Source of the DNA: an uncultured Spirochaetota bacterium
GTDB lineage: Bacteria; Spirochaetota; Spirochaetia; SZUA-6; Fen-1364
DNA length: 64,000 nt
Assembly (NCBI GenBank): GCA_963781885.1
Contig: CAWAHW010000004.1
Location: 352,001-416,000 of the forward strand
Direction: 5' to 3'
In this document: positions 1 to 8,695 of the stretch, piece by piece
How positions within the stretch are numbered: position 1 is the first letter of the stretch
Layout of the letters: each line of letters opens with the position of its first letter
Position numbers and translations under genes: made by a program
The notes under the pieces: model-generated
Seen by the model: the letters and a program-made list of their open reading frames with translations, nothing else
What the model was told of the DNA's origin: nothing
Databases searched by the model: none

Positions 1-1381
1 CGACCACGCGCACGTGGCCGCGGACGATCGGTCCAAAAGGCAGGTCGGTGATGGTGCCGACCTTCACGCCGGCAAAGATGTTGAGAAGCCCATTGGGGGC
101 CAGGTAATGCGACGCCTGCGTGATGATGGCGGAAACGGGGACGAGCACCACCGCGTCGTCGAAGCCGCCAGGATACTTCTCGGTGAGGAAGGTGTCGAGC
201 TCCTCCGCGGGCAGGTCTTTCGGGTTCTGGAACGTGAGGTTCACCTTCCGCGCGTTTTTGCCGGCCACGATGGAGAGAAGATGCTTCAGCGAATCCAGGC
301 GCTCGTCGGAAAGATCCGTGACAAGGATGTCCGTCGGGCCCGCCGGGTCCATGACCGCCTTGATGACGTGCATCTGCCCCATCGGGCCGGCGCCGCCCAC
401 GAACCAGGCGCGACCGCCGGGCACGATCTTCTCCCGCGTGTTCGCGCGGTAGCTTTCCCCCACCTTGCCGGTGAGCGACCCCACCAGCTCCATCCGCTTG
501 TAATGCACTTTGCCCACGTCCACCGGCAGGTCGACGTCGGGCTCGCTGGTGTGGATGCCGACGACAGAGTCCGGGTCGATGTCCTGCGACAACCGCGCGA
601 AGGAATCGCGGTCCGGTGTGCCGGCAAGGACGGCGTCGCTCATGCCGGGCTGGCCGGGCGGAAGCGGCGGCACAAGCGAGACGCCGATGCGCGCCGCAAG
701 CGCCTCCACCGCGCGCGCGTTGTCGGCGGTCAGTCCCGCGTGGGAGATGCGCGCGGGCCGCGCCGCCTCGAGCCCCGCGAGGTCAAGCGGCACCTGCCCG
801 CGCGCAAAACCGGCGAAGTGCAGATGCCCGCCTTCCCGGACGCTCGTGCGCGCGCGGATCTGGTAGGAAGCGATGACGCACGTCCAGGGCTCGACGAGCG
901 CCGCTTCCGCCTCGCCGGTCTCCTTGCGCACGGGCAGGAGGTAGCAGCCCTCATCGCCTTCAAGAATCTCGGTGCCGATGACGACGTACTGCGACAAACC
1001 GCCGGGGATCGCGTAGCCGAAGGCTATGCCTTTCCCCTTGTAGAACACGTCGGCCTGGATGATGAATCGGCTGCCGAGTGAAAATTTCCCCTTCCACTTG
1101 TCCCCGACGCCGACGATTGTCATCGCCACCTCGTGGCCGGGCACGGTCGGGGATTTCGCGAGGTTCCGCCCTTCGATGCGCGGATGCGTGTTGCCCGCGG
1201 AGATGAGCTTGATGTCGGAGAAGCACAGGCCGCAGGCGTCGATGCGGGCGATCAGGTCGTCTTCCGTGTAACGCGGGAACGGGACGGTGTCCGGGCGGCC
1301 CTTGCTGCCGAGGTTGTCCAGGCCAGAGCCCTTCAATTGCCAGGAGAGTATCTCCTTGGGAAGGTCTTCGAGAAGCTCCAT
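1..1381 (-). CDS. Zn-dependent medium-chain dehydrogenase, L-sorbose-1-phosphate reductase-like (3' end runs off the window)
   Basis: Not in the ORF track (no stop in window). Manual translation from ATG 1381 (RBS AAGGAG): MELLEDLPKE...DACGLCFSDIK...PGHEV (GroES domain Zn ligands)...ALVEPWTCV...FVGGAGPMGQMH (Rossmann), open to position 1. Confidence 0.8.
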   Translation of the reverse strand, partial: MELLEDLPKEILSWQLKGSGLDNLGSKGRPDTVPFPRYTEDDLIARIDACGLCFSDIKLISAGNTHPRIEGRNLAKSPTVPGHEVAMTIVGVGDKWKGKFSLGSRFIIQADVFYKGKGIAFGYAIPGGLSQYVVIGTEILEGDEGCYLLPVRKETGEAEAALVEPWTCVIASYQIRARTSVREGGHLHFAGFARGQVPLDLAGLEAARPARISHAGLTADNARAVEALAARIGVSLVPPLPPGQPGMSDAVLAGTPDRDSFARLSQDIDPDSVVGIHTSEPDVDLPVDVGKVHYKRMELVGSLTGKVGESYRANTREKIVPGGRAWFVGGAGPMGQMHVIKAVMDPAGPTDILVTDLSDERLDSLKHLLSIVAGKNARKVNLTFQNPKDLPAEELDTFLTEKYPGGFDDAVVLVPVSAIITQASHYLAPNGLLNIFAGVKVGTITDLPFGPIVRGHVRVV

Positions 1382-1593
1382 GCTGTGCTCCTTGTTGGCG
1401 AAACCCTGTGCCGCCGATCTTTCGGGGCCGTCAAGTTCGTCCTTATATCATTGTAACATGCGCAGAACGCGCAAGGCAATCTGGAATGCCGGCGTGCCGG
1501 CCTCGTAATGCGAGCCCTCGATCGACGTTACGCCGTCCGGCGATACCTCGGCCGTCTTGATGGGCATCGGCATTACGTGCTACGCTCGCGCGC

Positions 1594-2370
1594 ATGAAAA
1601 AGGAAAAGATTGCCGCCCAGCTCTACAGCGTCCGTGACTACTGCAACGACGCGCGCGAAATAGCGGAGACTTTGAAAAAGGTGCGCGCAATCGGCTATAA
1701 AGCAGTTCAGCTCAGCAGTCTCGGCCCTCTGCCTCCTCACGAGCTCGTGAAGGTCCTTGACGGCGAGGGTCTTACGTGCTGCTCGACCCATGAAGACTCG
1801 GAAGAGCTGCTCACGGACCCGGAATCCGTCATCGAGCGCCTGAACGTGCTCGGCTGCACGGCAACTGCCTATCCGTATCCTGGAAACCAGGATTTTTCCA
1901 CGATTGAAGGTGTGAAGAGGCTGGGCAAGGCTCTTTCCCGGACGGGAAAGCTCCTGAAAAAAGCGGGCATAGGCTTTTCCTACCATAACCACGGTCTGGA
2001 GCTGCACCGGATCAACGGCAAGACAGTGCTCGAATGGATCATGGCGGAAACGGATCCGGAATCGCTGGAAGCGGAGCTGGACACGTACTGGATCCAGGCC
2101 GGCGGCGGAGATCCGGTGGAATGGCTTTCCCGCGTGAAAGGCCGCGCCTCCCTCATTCACCTGAAGGATTACGGGGTCGACCACAAGGGCAAGGCGACAT
2201 TCGAAGAGATCGGCCAGGGCAACCTGTCGTGGGACAGGATCATCCCCGCCGCCAAGCGCGCCGGCTGCCGCTGGTACATCGTGGAGCAGGATTCCGACTG
2301 GGAAGGGGGCGACCCGTTCGAATCGCTCAAGATCAGCCTCGCGTATCTCAAGAAGACATTTGTCGATTGA
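1594..2370 (+). CDS. Sugar phosphate isomerase/epimerase (xylose isomerase-like TIM barrel)
   Basis: QLYSVRD, YHNH, ELDTYW, HLKD and VEQD motifs. Confidence 0.9.
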   Translation: MKKEKIAAQLYSVRDYCNDAREIAETLKKVRAIGYKAVQLSSLGPLPPHELVKVLDGEGLTCCSTHEDSEELLTDPESVIERLNVLGCTATAYPYPGNQDFSTIEGVKRLGKALSRTGKLLKKAGIGFSYHNHGLELHRINGKTVLEWIMAETDPESLEAELDTYWIQAGGGDPVEWLSRVKGRASLIHLKDYGVDHKGKATFEEIGQGNLSWDRIIPAAKRAGCRWYIVEQDSDWEGGDPFESLKISLAYLKKTFVD

Positions 2371-2437
2371 TCCGCGCGTAGCGCGATGCACAAATCCGCG
2401 CGTAGCGCGGTGCACAAATCCGCGCGTAGCGCGGTGC
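2370..2437. repeat. Tandem 24-bp palindromic repeat, about 2.8 copies
   Basis: ATCCGCGCGTAGCGCG(A/G)TGCACAA starting at 2370, 2394 and 2418 (last copy partial); each copy has a CGCGC-GTA-GCGCG hairpin. Confidence 0.9.
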
Positions 2438-2484
2438 CATGACGACGCGCTGAAAGGGGGGCGGCCGATCCGCGCCGTGCCGTC

Positions 2485-3786
2485 GTGAAGCTCAAGGCCA
2501 CACCCGCCGATTTCGTGGTCCGGGAGGAATCCAGCCTCACCCTTTCATCCCGGCGCACGGACTACGCCGTCTTTCGGCTCCTGAAAAGCTCCTGGGACAC
2601 CTTCGATCTCATCGATCTCCTCGCGCGCCGCTGGGGCGTCCACGGGGAAGACATCGGCGTCGGCGGCGTGAAGGATCGCTACGGCAGCACCGAGCAGCTC
2701 ATCTCGGTCCGGGGTCTTTCCGGCACGCCCGCTTCCATGGAGGACAAGAACTTCAACCTCGCCTTTGCGGGATGGGCGGACGGCCCCCTCACGGCGCGCG
2801 ACATCCGCGGCAACAGTTTTGCCATCACGCTGCGCGACCTCTCCCCGCGCGAGGCGGAGATCGTCGCCGCCAATGCACCGACGGTGGCTCGCGACGGCAT
2901 TCCCAACTATTTCGACGAGCAGCGTTTCGGCTCGGCCCGGCACGGCGAAGGCTTCATGGGAAAGGAGATATTCCTCGGCCATCGTGAGAAGGCGTTGCGG
3001 CTCTACTTCACGCCGTCAAAGCACGACGACCAGAAGACGCGCAAGCTCAAGAGATGCATCATTGAGAACTGGGGCCGGTGGGAGAAATGCGCGGGCATGG
3101 GTTTCGGCGCGTACGGCAGGATACTCGCGTACCTCGCCTCCCACCGCAGCGCGTATCACCAGGCCCTGGAGATGATCGAAAAGAGATTCCTGGTATTCGT
3201 CCTGAACGCCTACCAATCCTACCTGTTCAACGAGATCCTCAGTCGATGGCTGGAGGGCTTCGCGGCCCGCAGCGGCTGCGCGCTCGACCCGCTGCGCTAT
3301 TCGCGCGGGGCCTTCCTGTTTCCACGCACGCTTCCCGACGGCGCGGCCGCAGCCCTCCGCGCGACACGGCTGCCGGTCCCCGGCTACGACACGGTGTGCG
3401 GTGACGCCGAGGTGCGGCGCATCCTCGATGCCGTGCTGGGCAACGAGGGCATCTCCCTTTCCGACCTGCGGGTGCGCCAGATGCGCCGCATTCACGTCGG
3501 CGGCGTGCCGCGGGCCGCGGCGATACTTCCCGAAGACATGACGGTGGCGCCGGCGGAGCAGGACGATCTGTACCCGGCGAGGCTCAAAGTCGGTCTGCGA
3601 TTTTTCCTTCCCCGCGGCTCCTATGCCACGCTCCTGGTCAAGAGACTGTGCCTGCCCGGCAGCGCGCTGACATTGCCGCAGTGCTCCCGCACGAAGCGCA
3701 GGGCGCGCTCGGTTCCCGTCCCCGCATCCGCGCCCGTTGGCGCGCACAGCTCGGAGAACATCTCCTCCGCGGCGCCGGCTCCGTAG
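2485..3786 (+). CDS. truD: tRNA pseudouridine(13) synthase TruD
   Basis: KxxPxDFVVRE, GxKDR (catalytic Asp), GNxFxITLR, NYFDEQRFG, AYQSYLFN, FxLPRGSYAT; C-terminus overlaps the convergent gene. Confidence 0.92.
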   Translation: MKLKATPADFVVREESSLTLSSRRTDYAVFRLLKSSWDTFDLIDLLARRWGVHGEDIGVGGVKDRYGSTEQLISVRGLSGTPASMEDKNFNLAFAGWADGPLTARDIRGNSFAITLRDLSPREAEIVAANAPTVARDGIPNYFDEQRFGSARHGEGFMGKEIFLGHREKALRLYFTPSKHDDQKTRKLKRCIIENWGRWEKCAGMGFGAYGRILAYLASHRSAYHQALEMIEKRFLVFVLNAYQSYLFNEILSRWLEGFAARSGCALDPLRYSRGAFLFPRTLPDGAAAALRATRLPVPGYDTVCGDAEVRRILDAVLGNEGISLSDLRVRQMRRIHVGGVPRAAAILPEDMTVAPAEQDDLYPARLKVGLRFFLPRGSYATLLVKRLCLPGSALTLPQCSRTKRRARSVPVPASAPVGAHSSENISSAAPAP

Positions 3787-4487
3787 ACCCCTTCAATCAG
3801 GGCCACGTTCTGGAGGAGATTGAGGATGAGGATCTCGTTGTCGCGCGCGGTGGCGAGGAAGCGGCGGATCACCGAGGCCGTGCCCGCCAGGAGCGTTTCG
3901 CAGCGTTTCAACACCTGGCGCGCCATTTCGAGCGACTCCACCGCGAGCGTCGCGCTGATTTCCTCCAGCGCGCGCAGCTGCTCCAGGTCCCCCTTCTCTC
4001 CGTCGCCGGGTGCCGCTTCCTTCGCGCCGCCCCGGCCGAGAAGCTGGCTCATCTCGCTTTTCTCGTGCTCCAGCTCCGGCGCATAGCGTTCGAGCTGGTA
4101 GAGAGATTCCTGGAGGATCAGGAGCAGGTGGTAGCCGGTGCCGATGTAGGAGTCCAACGACAGCCGCTCGATGCTGTCCTTGCGCCCGGCCGCGATCTGG
4201 CGCTTTCCACGCCGGGCGCGCGGCTCGCCCGGGAGCGGGTCCGCACGGAAGAGGGTATGGGCCATCTCTTTCAGGTCGAAGGCGATGCTGCCGGTGAGCT
4301 CGCGCACCTTCTCGAAAAGCCCGCTCCCCGCCAGTGCCTCAGCCGTCCCATTCTCCCGCGCATGGAACTCTTCCGCGATACGGGCGAAAGCGGCGTGCAC
4401 ACGCAGGAATTTCACCACGAGAAAAGCAACCCGCTCCTTGTGACGGCGCGTCTCGAAACGATCGCGCGTGGCTTCCCGTGCGCTCAT
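3621..4487 (-). CDS. Hypothetical, probably all-alpha protein
   Basis: ATG 4487 overlaps the arcC stop (ATGA), with GGAGG upstream; no motif recognised. Confidence 0.7.
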   Translation of the reverse strand: MSAREATRDRFETRRHKERVAFLVVKFLRVHAAFARIAEEFHARENGTAEALAGSGLFEKVRELTGSIAFDLKEMAHTLFRADPLPGEPRARRGKRQIAAGRKDSIERLSLDSYIGTGYHLLLILQESLYQLERYAPELEHEKSEMSQLLGRGGAKEAAPGDGEKGDLEQLRALEEISATLAVESLEMARQVLKRCETLLAGTASVIRRFLATARDNEILILNLLQNVALIEGVYGAGAAEEMFSELCAPTGADAGTGTERALRFVREHCGNVSALPGRHSLLTRSVA

Positions 4488-5455
4488 GCGATCCTCCCGT
4501 CCCGCGTGATCCACGTTCCCGTCTCCCCGCGCAGCGCACGGCCGATGTTCCGCGGGTCCGTGATCAGCGCGGCGCTGCCCCCCGCCTCCAGGTACCAGAT
4601 GATGGCCTGCATTTTCGGCGCCATGGAGCCGCGCGCGAAATGCGTGCCCTCCGCGAGCAGCGCGCGCGCCTCGTCGAGACTCATGCGGTCCACCCAGCGC
4701 TGCGCGGGGGTGCCGTAGTTCACCGCGACCTTTTCCACCGCCGTGGCGATGAGGAAGAGGTCCGCCTTGATCTCGCGCGCGAGGAGGCTGCAGGCAAAGT
4801 CCTTGTCGATCACCGCGGCGACGCCGCGATATTCCCCCTCCCCCGTGTCGATCACGGGTATTCCTCCGCCGCCGACGGCGATCGCCTCGATGCCGTCGGC
4901 AAGCACGGCCTTGATGGAATCAAGCTCCACGATCTCCTTCGGCAGGGGTGAGGGGACGACACGACGCCAGCCGCGGCCCGCGTCCTCCACGACGGACCAG
5001 CCCATGTCCGTGCGCCGGCGCTCGGCCTCCGCCGCGTCCATGAAGCCGCCAATGGGCTTGGAGGGCGCGGCGAATGCCGGGTCGGCCTTGTCCACGAGCA
5101 CCTGCGTGACGATCGTCGCCACATTCTTGTGGATGCCGCGGTGGTACAGCTCGTTCTGCAGCGCCTGCTGCAGCTCGTAACCGATGGCGCCCTGCGTATC
5201 GGCGCCGCAGACGTCCAGCGGCACCTCGTGCATGCCTTCCGTGCGGTGGGCGATCTCCGATCGGCGCAGGACAAAGCCCACCTGGGGCCCGTTGCCGTGC
5301 CCGATGGCCAGATCCCACCCCGCCTCGATCATGTCGGCCAGGTGATGCGCCGTGTCGCGGAGCGCCTCCTCCTGGTCCTCCACCGTCTGGTGCCCGGGAT
5401 CGCGGATCAGGGAGTTTCCGCCGATGGCCACGACGGCGACCTTCTTTTCACTCAC
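4484..5455 (-). CDS. arcC: Carbamate kinase
   Basis: AIGGNSL, HGNGPQVG, GADTQGAIGY, PSKPIG, GWRRVVPSP, VIDKD, GSMAPK; GTG start at 5455 after GAGG. Confidence 0.95.
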   Translation of the reverse strand: MSEKKVAVVAIGGNSLIRDPGHQTVEDQEEALRDTAHHLADMIEAGWDLAIGHGNGPQVGFVLRRSEIAHRTEGMHEVPLDVCGADTQGAIGYELQQALQNELYHRGIHKNVATIVTQVLVDKADPAFAAPSKPIGGFMDAAEAERRRTDMGWSVVEDAGRGWRRVVPSPLPKEIVELDSIKAVLADGIEAIAVGGGGIPVIDTGEGEYRGVAAVIDKDFACSLLAREIKADLFLIATAVEKVAVNYGTPAQRWVDRMSLDEARALLAEGTHFARGSMAPKMQAIIWYLEAGGSAALITDPRNIGRALRGETGTWITRDGRIA

Positions 5456-5597
5456 GGCTGCACCTCTTCTCCGTCCGGCCCGCAGTATAACCCATGCCGG
5501 CGCGGGGCGCAAAAGCGGCGGCGGACGGCCCCCCCCATTCTTGAGCCAGGGAGCGCTTCCCCTTGACAGCCGCGGCCCGTTCTGATCGATTGGAAGA

Positions 5598-6677
5598 ATG
5601 CCAGAGACGTCGCCGGAGAGGAAGACGAACCACCTCCTCACGATCATCGTGATCTTCCTTGCGGGCGCTGCCCTGAAGCTCGCCGCGCCGGTCGTGATCG
5701 CGCTCCTCCTCACGATCCTCCTGGTCTACCTCATCGATCCCCTCGTCGTGCTCCTGCACGGCCGGCTGCGGATGCCGCTCATCCTCGCCGTGGCGATCTC
5801 CGTGGTCTTTTTCGCCGCTGTATTCGGCGGGCTTGGCGTCCTCATCTTCCTCGACCTTCCGCACTTCACCCGGACCTTTCCGCGCTTCCAGGAGGCCATA
5901 CTCGCCCGCGCGCAGGGCATCGTGGAAAGCCTGGAAAAAAGCCTTGGCGTGACCCTCGTCTTCGACCCGTTCGAGGAGCTGCGCTCGCTCCCCCTCCGTC
6001 CGCTCCTCATGAATCTCGGCCGGTCCAGCCTGCGCGTCATCTCCGAGTTCACGCTGATCTTCTTCCTCGCCATCATCCTCCTCGTCGGCAAGTACCGCGT
6101 CATCCGGACCGTTCTCACCGTCTTTCCCCGCCGCAGCAGCCTCGTGCCGCACCTGCTGAAGCACATCGACCGGCACATGCGGGCGTATCTCGGCATCAAG
6201 GCGCTGGCAAGCCTTGCCATCGGCATCGGGACGGCGCTCATCCTCCTTGCCTTCAGGGTGGAGTTCGCCGTTACGTGGGGTTTCCTCACCATCATCCTCA
6301 ACTTCATCCCCGCCCTCGGACCCATCACGGCGGTCTCCCTTCCCACGCTGATCGCCATCATCCAGTACCCGGGCTTCGTCGTTCCCGTCGCCATCGTCCT
6401 CATCCTCACGCTCCTCCACCTGACGATCACGAGCTTTCTCGAGCCCCGTTTCCTGGGGGAGCGCCTCGACCTCTCCTTCTTCGTGATCTTCATCGCCCTT
6501 TTCTTCTGGGGATGGATGTGGGGCCCGGCGGGCGTCGTGCTCGGGGTGCCGGTCACCGCGACGCTGAAGATCATCATGGAGAGGATTCCCTCCACCGCGC
6601 ACATCGCGATCCTTCTCGGAAAGACCCGACGGCGGAGACGGCGGCAGAAGCCCGAGACGGAGGAGCCCGCGGGATAG
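5598..6677 (+). CDS. AI-2E family transporter
   Basis: Multi-TM; LNFIPxLG, LEPRFLG, FWGWMWGPAGVVLGVP. Confidence 0.9.
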   Translation: MPETSPERKTNHLLTIIVIFLAGAALKLAAPVVIALLLTILLVYLIDPLVVLLHGRLRMPLILAVAISVVFFAAVFGGLGVLIFLDLPHFTRTFPRFQEAILARAQGIVESLEKSLGVTLVFDPFEELRSLPLRPLLMNLGRSSLRVISEFTLIFFLAIILLVGKYRVIRTVLTVFPRRSSLVPHLLKHIDRHMRAYLGIKALASLAIGIGTALILLAFRVEFAVTWGFLTIILNFIPALGPITAVSLPTLIAIIQYPGFVVPVAIVLILTLLHLTITSFLEPRFLGERLDLSFFVIFIALFFWGWMWGPAGVVLGVPVTATLKIIMERIPSTAHIAILLGKTRRRRRRQKPETEEPAG

Positions 6678-6694
6678 AGCGCCCCGCGCTCGCG

Positions 6695-6723
6695 TTGACC
6701 AAAGCCGCGCGGCCTTCTACTAT
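6695..6723 (+). promoter_or_regulatory. sigma70-type promoter of the CBS/aminotransferase genes
   Basis: TTGACC-N17-TACTAT. Confidence 0.6.
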
Positions 6724-6781
6724 TGAAGCACGGCGGTTTGAAGGTACCGCGCGAGGGCCGCGTGCCCTGACGGAGGATGCA

Positions 6782-7427
6782 ATGCTGGTCAAGGAGCGCA
6801 TGACGCGCAACCCGCTTTCCATCACGCCGGATACCCGGTGTCTCGGAAGCGCAGGCAATGATGAAGAGGGAGAAGATCCACCACCTGCCGGTGCTCGACA
6901 AGGATGAAAAGCTCGTCGGCATCGTGACGGAGAAGGATCTCCTCTACGCGTCTCCCTCGGTGGCGACGACGCTCAGCGTCTACGAGATGACGTCGCTCCT
7001 GGCGAAGCTCCACGTCGACAAGGTGATGACCCGGAACGTCGTGACGATCACGGAGGACGTCCCCCTGGAGGAGGCGGCACGCATCATGGCGGACAGGCGC
7101 ATCGGCGGATTGCCCATCATGCGCGGCCCGACCCTCGTCGGCATGATCACGGAGAGCGACCTCTTCCGCATCTTCATCGAGCTGTTCGGCGCCCGGCAGA
7201 GGGGCGTGCGCATTTCCCTCACCATGCCCAATGAAACGGGGGAGCTTGCGAAGATCGCCGCGGTGGTTGCAGGGGCGGGCGGCAACATCATTGCGCTGGG
7301 AACGTTCCTCGGCGATGACCCGGGCAGCGGCCGTTGCACGCTCAAGGTGGACGGCGTGCCGAAGGAGAAGCTCGTGTCCGCGCTCGCCGCCGTGGTGCGA
7401 TCGGTCGATGATGTGAGGGAAGGGTAA
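6782..7427 (+). CDS. CBS-pair + ACT domain protein (AcuB-like); one-base frameshift near 6835
   Basis: MLVKERMTRNPLSITPDT (ATG 6782, RBS GGAGG) joins GVSEAQAMMKREKIHHLPV if one C is removed from ACCCGG; two CBS domains then ACT. Confidence 0.85.
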
Positions 7428-7435
7428 GGGACCGG

Positions 7436-8649
7436 ATGGAACAGAGACGTCTCACGTTGTCCCTGCGGGGCGGGGAGGTCCCCTTCTCGCCGATCCGCAA
7501 GCTCACGCCTCTTGCCGACGACGCGAAAAAGCGCGGCATCCAGGTCCACCACCTGAACATCGGGCAGCCGGACATCCGCACCCCCCAGCCGGTGATCGAT
7601 GCCTACCGCACCTTTGACGCCGAGGTGCTCGCGTACAGCCCCTCGCTGGGCATCCCGTCGCTGCGCGAATCCATTGCCGGCTACCATCGCCGCTACGGTC
7701 AGCCCCTGGAGCCGCGGGACGTCGCGGTGACGGTGGGCGGGTCGGAGGCGATCTTCTTCGCCCTCTCCGCCGTCTGCGATCCCGGGGACGAGATACTCGT
7801 CCGCGAGCCGTTCTACGCCAACTACATCTCTTTCGCCGCCATGATCTCCGCGAAGGTCGTGCCCATCCCCTCCTCCATCGACAACGGCTACGCGCTGCCC
7901 TCCCGGGAGGAGATCGCGCGCTTCATCACGCCGCGCACGAAGGTGATCCTCTACATCTCCCCGGAGAACCCCACCGGCATCGTCTATGACCGGCAGGAGA
8001 TGGACAGCCTGCGCGATCTGTGCGAGCGCTACGGCCTGTACCTCATCTCTGACGAGGTCTACCGCGAGTTCATCTACGACAACCACGTCCGCTTCACGTC
8101 GGTGCTCGACCTGCCGGGCTTCGAGCAGCACGCCATCCTCGTGGATTCAGTGTCCAAACGCTTCTCCTCCTGCGGCGCGCGCATCGGCTGCATCGTGACG
8201 TACAACCACGGCGTGATGGACCTCGTGGACAAATTCGCGCAGGCACGCCTGTGCCCGCCCACCGTCGGACAGCTTGCCGCGGATGCCGCCTATCGCATGG
8301 ATCCGTCGTATTTCGCCCCCATCAAGGAAGAATACCGCAAGCGGCGCGATACGCTGGTGGACGGGCTGCGCAGAATCCCGGGAATCAAGTTCCACGTGCC
8401 GGAGGGCGCCTTCTACCTGATGGCGCGCCTGCCGGTGGACAATGCGGAGGATTTCTGCCGGTTCCTGCTTGCCGACTACTCCCTCGGGGGCAAAACCGTG
8501 ATGCTCACCCCGGGGCCGGCTTCTATTCCACGCCGGACAGGGGGCGCGACGAGGTGCGCATCGCCTATGTCCTGGAGTCGTCAAAGATCGTGGAGTCCGT
8601 TCATATCCTCGACCGCGCTCTTGCCGCGTACCCGGGGGCGAAAAAGTAG
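7436..8649 (+). CDS. Class I/II PLP-dependent aminotransferase (aspartate aminotransferase family); frameshift near 8512
   Basis: LNIGQPD, ENPTG, SDEVY, SVSKRFSSCGARIG (PLP Lys); natural C-terminus PGAGFYSTPDRGRDEVRIAYVL...AKK lies in another frame ending at 8649. Confidence 0.9.
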
Positions 8650-8695
8650 CCTTTTGCCGGACCGACAGCGGCGAAGCATAACAACGGGAGGCGCA

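Noticed and set aside
2370-2437. CRISPR array
   Set aside because: Repeats are directly tandem with no spacers, and there are no cas genes
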